A DNA stretch of 40,750 nucleotides. Origin: a virus (taxonomy: Duplodnaviria; Caudoviricetes). Within the stretch, counting starts at the first letter, position 1, and each line of letters starts with the position of its first letter. Shown here in pieces: positions 35,798 through 40,750 of this stretch. The position numbers and the translations under genes were made by a program. The notes under the pieces were generated by a model. That model did not search any database. It worked only from the letters and a program-made list of their open reading frames with translations, and had not been told where the DNA came from. The DNA lies in the IMG/VR virus record IMGVR_UViG_3300020045_004126, positions 1-40,750 of that record. One strand, written 5' to 3'.

Positions 35798-37185
35798 TGA
35801 ACGAGTCAAACCTGCACGGCTACCAGCATACAGCTGTGAGCCACATAATGGAAAATACGCACGGGGCGCTGCTGCTTGAAATGGGCTTAGGCAAAACAGT
35901 ATCGACCCTTACCGCTATCAACAAACTTATTTATGAAGAGCTGGAAATAAACGCCGTGCTTATCATAGCCCCTAAGCGGGTTGCTGAAAGTGTGTGGAGT
36001 TCTGAGATTGGCAAGTGGGAACACCTGAAGCACCTGCGCATATCAAAGATACTGGGCAACGAGAAGCAGCGAAAGGCTGCCCTGCGGCAACCGGCAGACG
36101 TGTACACCATAAGCCGCGATAACGTAGCATGGCTTTGTTCACAATTTGGCGGCACACGCACCCCGTTTGATATGCTTGTCATTGACGAGCTGAGCAGCTT
36201 CAAAAATCCCCAGTCTGTACGCTTCAAAGCATTAAAGGCGGTGCAGCCGTCCTTTAGCCGTGTTGTCGGCCTTACAGGTACACCCGCGCCTAATGGCCTT
36301 ATAGACTTGTGGAGCCAAATATATTTACTTGACCGGGGTGCAAGGCTGGGTAAGTTTATAACTACCTACCGTGAAACGTACTTTAGGCCCGATAAGCGTA
36401 ACGGCTCGATAACATACAGCTATAAACTTGAAGAGTCGGGGGAGCAGCAAATCTATGATAAGATAGGCGACGTATGTATGAGTATGAAGGCTAAAGACTA
36501 TTTAGACTTACCCGAGCGTATTAATAACATTGTGCGTATCGATATGCCTGCGGATCTGCAGAAGCAATACGACGACTTTGAAAAGGAACAGGTTATGAAC
36601 CTGGTAAGTGCTGAGGGCGACGACAAAGAAATAAGCGCACTGAATGCCGCAGCGCTATCAAACAAGCTATTGCAGTTTGCCAATGGGGCCATGTACGACG
36701 AGAACAAAGTTTACCACGAGGTACACGATTTAAAGCTGCTGGCTTTAGAGGAACTAATCGAAGCGGCCAACGGCCACCCGGTGCTTATCGCATGGACATA
36801 CAGGCACGACCGGGATAGAATGCTCGAGAAGCTAAAGAAGTACAAGCCGCAGGAGCTTAAAACCGATCAGGATATAAACGATTGGAACGCTGGTAAAATA
36901 CAGGTTATGATGATGCACCCCGCCTCAGGCGGGCATGGCCTTAACTTGCAGGCAGGTGGTAATATAATTGTATGGTTTGGGCAGACGTGGAGCTTAGAAC
37001 TCGAGCAGCAATTCAATGCAAGGCTTGACCGACAGGGGCAGAAAAACGCCGTTGTAGTCAACAAGCTGGCCGTCGTTGGCACTATGGACGAGGACGTGCT
37101 GAAAGCGCAGGAGACTAAAGGCGATAACCAAAACCGACTTATGGATGCCGTAAAGGCTAAAATTAATAAATATTTAAAACCATGA
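35797..37185 (+). CDS. SNF2-family helicase
   Basis: EMGLGKT, VIDELS, LTGTP, GHGLNLQ, QFNARLDRQGQ. Confidence 0.93.
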   Translation: MNESNLHGYQHTAVSHIMENTHGALLLEMGLGKTVSTLTAINKLIYEELEINAVLIIAPKRVAESVWSSEIGKWEHLKHLRISKILGNEKQRKAALRQPADVYTISRDNVAWLCSQFGGTRTPFDMLVIDELSSFKNPQSVRFKALKAVQPSFSRVVGLTGTPAPNGLIDLWSQIYLLDRGARLGKFITTYRETYFRPDKRNGSITYSYKLEESGEQQIYDKIGDVCMSMKAKDYLDLPERINNIVRIDMPADLQKQYDDFEKEQVMNLVSAEGDDKEISALNAAALSNKLLQFANGAMYDENKVYHEVHDLKLLALEELIEAANGHPVLIAWTYRHDRDRMLEKLKKYKPQELKTDQDINDWNAGKIQVMMMHPASGGHGLNLQAGGNIIVWFGQTWSLELEQQFNARLDRQGQKNAVVVNKLAVVGTMDEDVLKAQETKGDNQNRLMDAVKAKINKYLKP

Positions 37186-37724
37186 ACCAAGTAAAAGAGT
37201 TTTTAGATTACCTGCTTAATAGTGTAAAGTTTTGGGTTATAGTGCAACCGTGGGAACAGGGTATTAGAGTACGTAAAGGCTCAAAGGTTAAGCTGCTTAT
37301 AGCGGGTATGTATTTTAGAATACCATATTTAGATAGTGTGTACATACAGGAAACTCGTTTACGTGTAGCCTCTCTGCCTATCCAAACGGTTACGTCTAAA
37401 GACGGTAGCGCAGTAACTTTGAACGGCGCTATTGGTTACAGTATAATAAATATAGAGAAACTATACAACACTCTTTATCATCCTGAAACTACTATATCTA
37501 ATATGGCGATGGGAGAAGTCGCGGACTACGTATTTAAAAATCCCATAGCTGATACTGACCCTAAAAAAATAGAAGCTACGGTACTCAATAAATTAAATGC
37601 TCACGATTACGGCTTACAGTTCGACTATTTTAAAATTACGAGTTTTGCAGTGGTAAGGACTTATAGACTGATACAAGACCAGGCTTGGGTAAGTGAAGGA
37701 CTAAGCATGTCAGAAAAGAAATAA
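37182..37724 (+). CDS. SPFH/band 7 domain protein
   Basis: IVQPWEQGIRVRKG...GMYFRIP...QTVTSKDG. Confidence 0.8.
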   Translation: MNQVKEFLDYLLNSVKFWVIVQPWEQGIRVRKGSKVKLLIAGMYFRIPYLDSVYIQETRLRVASLPIQTVTSKDGSAVTLNGAIGYSIINIEKLYNTLYHPETTISNMAMGEVADYVFKNPIADTDPKKIEATVLNKLNAHDYGLQFDYFKITSFAVVRTYRLIQDQAWVSEGLSMSEKK

Positions 37725-38092
37725 TGTTCAAAATAGCCAAGCACAAAAATAAAGCCCTTTGCCCTGCTTACCGGTGCGGCAATAAGCGAGGTACAAAGAA
37801 ACGTTTCTGCCCGAGGCACCACCACATGCACCAGGCAGAAACGAACCCGCTGGGTTACACGTACAGCCTGCTAAAGCAGAATGCTAAGAGACGGCGTAAG
37901 CGTTTTGTTTTGACTATAGAACAATTCAAAGCGTTTTGCGACGAGCATAATTATTTAGCGCTAAAGGGTAAGACGGCTACCAGTTTAAGTATTGACTGCA
38001 TAATAAACGAAATAGGCTACGAACACGGTAATTTACAAGTACTTACGTTATCTGCCAACTCCCGTAAAGGTTGCGGCTATTGCCCATTTTAA
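37724..38092 (+). CDS. Zn-finger plus HNH-like endonuclease
   Basis: CPAYRC...CPRHH; NAKRR; SID...GY..GNL...AN..KG. Confidence 0.7.
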   Translation: MFKIAKHKNKALCPAYRCGNKRGTKKRFCPRHHHMHQAETNPLGYTYSLLKQNAKRRRKRFVLTIEQFKAFCDEHNYLALKGKTATSLSIDCIINEIGYEHGNLQVLTLSANSRKGCGYCPF

Positions 38093-38152
38093 AAATTAGT
38101 TTTAATTTTTATAAAAAATAGTTTGGTATTCTCGATTTTGTTTTTAACTTTG
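38091..38152 (+). promoter_or_regulatory. Phage promoter
   Basis: TTTG 38122-38125, 19-nt spacer, TAACTTTG 38145-38152; AAAAATAGTTT box. Confidence 0.8.
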
Positions 38153-38178
38153 CTGATATAATTAAAAACAAAATAACC

Positions 38179-38349
38179 ATGTCAAGAAGATTATCAAACT
38201 TAAAAGAAGGAGAAAGTTTTTACTTAGCTACTTCAGAAAACGAACTTACGTTTTTAGAAAAAACAGCAAATGGCAATACTATATTTTACCGTTATCAAGA
38301 CGCGGACGGCAAAACAGTGGCTACAAAAAACGATTATTTTATAATGTAA
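38179..38349 (+). CDS. Small hypothetical protein (56 aa, MSRRLSNLKE...)
   Basis: Translated by hand; AACCATG start after promoter. Confidence 0.75.
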   Translation: MSRRLSNLKEGESFYLATSENELTFLEKTANGNTIFYRYQDADGKTVATKNDYFIM

Positions 38350-38352
38350 ACC

Positions 38353-38736
38353 ATGGAAACAATTATTAAAGCATTTCTTATAACCGCTTTCGTTGGCCTG
38401 ATAATAGGTGTAGCGGTTATCCCGCCCAGGTTCGTAGTTGTGAACAAAGCGGGGTACTTCAACCCCTTTAAGAAAAGGGTTTTTGCCTTCAAAGTAGTAA
38501 AAGAGGGCAGGCTGTACTATCTATATTTTACAGGGGATAACTGGCTTTCGCAGGTACGTTACACCCGATTAGGTATTTTTAGCGTTAATGATAACGTAGT
38601 AAGCTATAACACTTCCGGCTTCATAACTGAAGCAGGGGCGCACCGTGAGGCGTTGCAGTTCGATAATATCAGGTCAGTACTTAAAGACCTTAACCGCATA
38701 GAAAATAAAGTAATCCAGTTAAACAGTAAGAAATAA
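38353..38736 (+). CDS. Membrane-anchored hypothetical protein
   Basis: AAACCATG start; N-terminal TM. Confidence 0.75.
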   Translation: METIIKAFLITAFVGLIIGVAVIPPRFVVVNKAGYFNPFKKRVFAFKVVKEGRLYYLYFTGDNWLSQVRYTRLGIFSVNDNVVSYNTSGFITEAGAHREALQFDNIRSVLKDLNRIENKVIQLNSKK

Positions 38737-39821
38737 TGAAAGTAGATAAAGAGAATATCCTAAAAGGTGAGGTAGCGCGGCAACTTAGAGAAAGTACGGG
38801 TTCGCAAGTAGTATCAATCGCAGGGCTTGACGTAGCTACTTTTGGCAACCTAAGCACGGGGTACGATAAAGACAAAGCACACGCCCAGTTATTTGCTGAT
38901 GCACTGGAAGCGCTCAACCGTACAGGGCTAACGCCGAGTGAGCTGGCAGATAGCCGAGACGTAGCAATACAGAACGCGTTTATACGCGGGCTTGAAACTA
39001 AAGAGTCCGATATTTTTGTGCTGCCTGAGAAATGGGCTTTGAAGTGTGAAACCGAAGAGCAGGCTGCGGAGTTCCTGCCATGGGTAGAAGCTAATAAGCA
39101 ATCGAGTATATTATACGATGTGCACATGATTTTAGATAGGCTGTTCCACTACCCAGCGAAAGAGTACGCGCATTGCCGAGAAAGTTTAAACTGGGAAGGC
39201 TACACCGAAATTACTTTCGAGCAGTTCAAGCAGCACGTGCTTAAGCAGGAGCCGGAAGTTAAAGAGCAGCCTGCTGAATTGTCTGACGTTACGGGTTTTT
39301 CTATAATAGACTATAGCGTGCCCGGGCAGTACTTTATAAGCCCTTTAAATAATGTGGTAGTTAATGACGGAAAGCATACGGCTACTCATTTCGCGGGTAC
39401 GGTAGTTAAGACCGCGGGTAGTACGCACGTAGGTGCCTATTCCGATAGCTACCCTAAACATATGTGGCAGCCGTATAAGGGTGAGCCTATTATCCATACG
39501 CAAGAGCAACGCTTTGAGGCCGTGGTAGCGGCAAGGCTGGAAGCCATACGGGAGCTGATACTCGTAAAGGGCAGGGAGTACCGACGCAACGGCGATGTGT
39601 TCCATAACTTCAATGCCGGGGGTAAGATGTTAGGATGTACACCTGAGCGTGCGCTGCTGGGCTTTGCTGCAAAGCATTTCGTGTCTGTAGTTGACTTAGT
39701 GAACGACCTTGACAGTGGTAAAGTACCTGCCGAGGCGGTTGTAAATGAGAAGCTGGGCGATGCTATGGTGTACCTGGTATTACTTGAGGGGCTGTTTAAA
39801 GAACGATTAAATACTATATAA
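38736..39821 (+). CDS. Multidomain protein with C-terminal DUF1599/Nmad1-like helical domain
   Basis: KGREY..DVFHNF...KH...EKLGDAMVYL. Confidence 0.65.
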   Translation: MKVDKENILKGEVARQLRESTGSQVVSIAGLDVATFGNLSTGYDKDKAHAQLFADALEALNRTGLTPSELADSRDVAIQNAFIRGLETKESDIFVLPEKWALKCETEEQAAEFLPWVEANKQSSILYDVHMILDRLFHYPAKEYAHCRESLNWEGYTEITFEQFKQHVLKQEPEVKEQPAELSDVTGFSIIDYSVPGQYFISPLNNVVVNDGKHTATHFAGTVVKTAGSTHVGAYSDSYPKHMWQPYKGEPIIHTQEQRFEAVVAARLEAIRELILVKGREYRRNGDVFHNFNAGGKMLGCTPERALLGFAAKHFVSVVDLVNDLDSGKVPAEAVVNEKLGDAMVYLVLLEGLFKERLNTI

Positions 39822-39824
39822 GTT

Positions 39825-39945
39825 ATGAATAGCTCGCCGAGTAGTTTTTTTTGAGCCTATAGATCGATGCCCGACATGCGGAAGCCCCTGTGATATAGAA
39901 CTTGACTTAGACGATAACGATAATTGTAATAATTGCAGGATATGA
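39825..39945 (+). pseudogene. Small zinc-ribbon gene frameshifted in a T8 tract
   Basis: Removing one T at 39845-39852 gives MNSSPSSFFEPIDRCPTCGSPC...CNNCRI, with stop overlapping the next ATG. Confidence 0.6.
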
Positions 39946-40487
39946 AAGCAAACTATAAAGGCAGCGAGGTTGATGTTATCCGCTTCAACTTCGCATCGAA
40001 AATGGCGGATATTAATTTAAAAGGCACTGATACTACAGTGCCTTTTTTATCACTTACGGATATAAAAGCAGAGCAGGGCGAACCGTTTTACGTACCTATC
40101 GGAAGGCAGGACAGGGGCAAAAAATACGTGTGGGCTCAGGATAAAATGACGGGTATTTATTACGAAATTATATCAATTAATATGCAAAAACGGGCCGTAA
40201 GGTTGCAGGCTCCAGGCTTAAAAAAGCAGGAATATTTCGCTGTAAACAGTCCTGCCCAAGTAGTAAGACCCCTCAATGATGTACTTTTTTTAAGCAGAAA
40301 AGCGGAGCCGAGTGTTAAAATTGAGGGGGCTTCAAAGTTTTCCAGTCAGTATAAACTTACAAGAATAGTATTGGCGGGGTACGCGGTGCACTTTTCAGGG
40401 CAGCAAATCATAGCTAAAAACAGCTTGCCTGAAAAAAAGGGAACTTTAACAGTAGTGTACCAAAGAATTTTCGGTAAACGTACGTAA
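39942..40487 (+). CDS. Hypothetical protein
   Basis: ATG 39942; 181 aa. Confidence 0.7.
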   Translation: MKANYKGSEVDVIRFNFASKMADINLKGTDTTVPFLSLTDIKAEQGEPFYVPIGRQDRGKKYVWAQDKMTGIYYEIISINMQKRAVRLQAPGLKKQEYFAVNSPAQVVRPLNDVLFLSRKAEPSVKIEGASKFSSQYKLTRIVLAGYAVHFSGQQIIAKNSLPEKKGTLTVVYQRIFGKRT

Positions 40488-40750
40488 ACGTATATGGTTT
40501 ACGCTGTAACCCCTGTAAACACTGGGCATTTCATGCCTGTAAACCATGTAAACGATAAAAACCCCAAACTTTTGAAAACAGTGATTTGCCAAAAAACGTA
40601 AACCATGTAAACCATGTAAACGTACTATGGTTTACCGGGAAACCCCTGTAAACACTGGGCTTCACGTCAAAATAAACCATGTAAACCATACTATTACTAA
40701 AAGATTATTTATATAATAATAAGGGAATATATACACATAAATGCACCCGT
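40474..40750. repeat. Origin-like locus A, left part
   Basis: GTAAACCAT at 40539, 40598, 40607, 40681; ATGGTTTAC at 40494, 40627; 20-mer AACCCCTGTAAACACTGGGC at 40508 and 40641. Confidence 0.75.
40688..40750 (+). repeat. Terminal 63-nt overlap, copy 2
   Basis: Identical to 1-63. Confidence 0.95.

Larger units (their letters stand above)
1..40750 (+). mobile_element. Complete tailed dsDNA phage genome (siphovirus-like), likely Bacteroidota/Flavobacteriaceae host
   Basis: Terminase, portal, capsid, tape measure, lysis and replication genes all co-oriented; terminal overlap; Bacteroidota-type promoters. Confidence 0.95.

Noticed and set aside
40474-40690. GTAAACCAT repeats as a CRISPR or mini-CRISPR array
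   Set aside because: 9-nt units in both orientations with irregular spacing; no repeat-spacer periodicity

Overview
This window is an apparently complete, circularly assembled 40.7 kb tailed-phage genome: the last 63 nt repeat the first 63 nt. It is siphovirus-like, and its TTG-N19-TAnnTTTG promoters and lack of Shine-Dalgarno sites point to a Bacteroidota host, probably Flavobacteriaceae. All credible protein genes are on the + strand. Positions ~275-25112 hold packaging, tail, head and lysis genes, interrupted by promoter-led accessory cassettes. Positions ~25568-40487 hold an APSE-type replication module (DUF2800 nuclease, DUF2815 SSB, PolA, DNA methylase, VirE-type primase-helicase, VRR-NUC, SNF2 helicase) plus accessory genes. 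No integrase was recognised. The most notable unannotated signals are: (1) a small RNA at ~25130-25195 with its own promoter and terminator, whose hairpin loop (UUUACAUGGUUU) is complementary to the AAACCAUG start context shared by 16 mostly early or accessory genes, best matching DNA polymerase and primase; (2) a second, minus-strand sRNA antisense to the spanin leader; (3) two homologous iteron/AT-rich origin-like loci bracketing the replication module; (4) a family of repeated promoters carrying paired AAAAATAnTTTT boxes; (5) a tRNA-like element and a structured RNA upstream of the polymerase gene. Functional calls rest on motifs read by eye, not on database searches.
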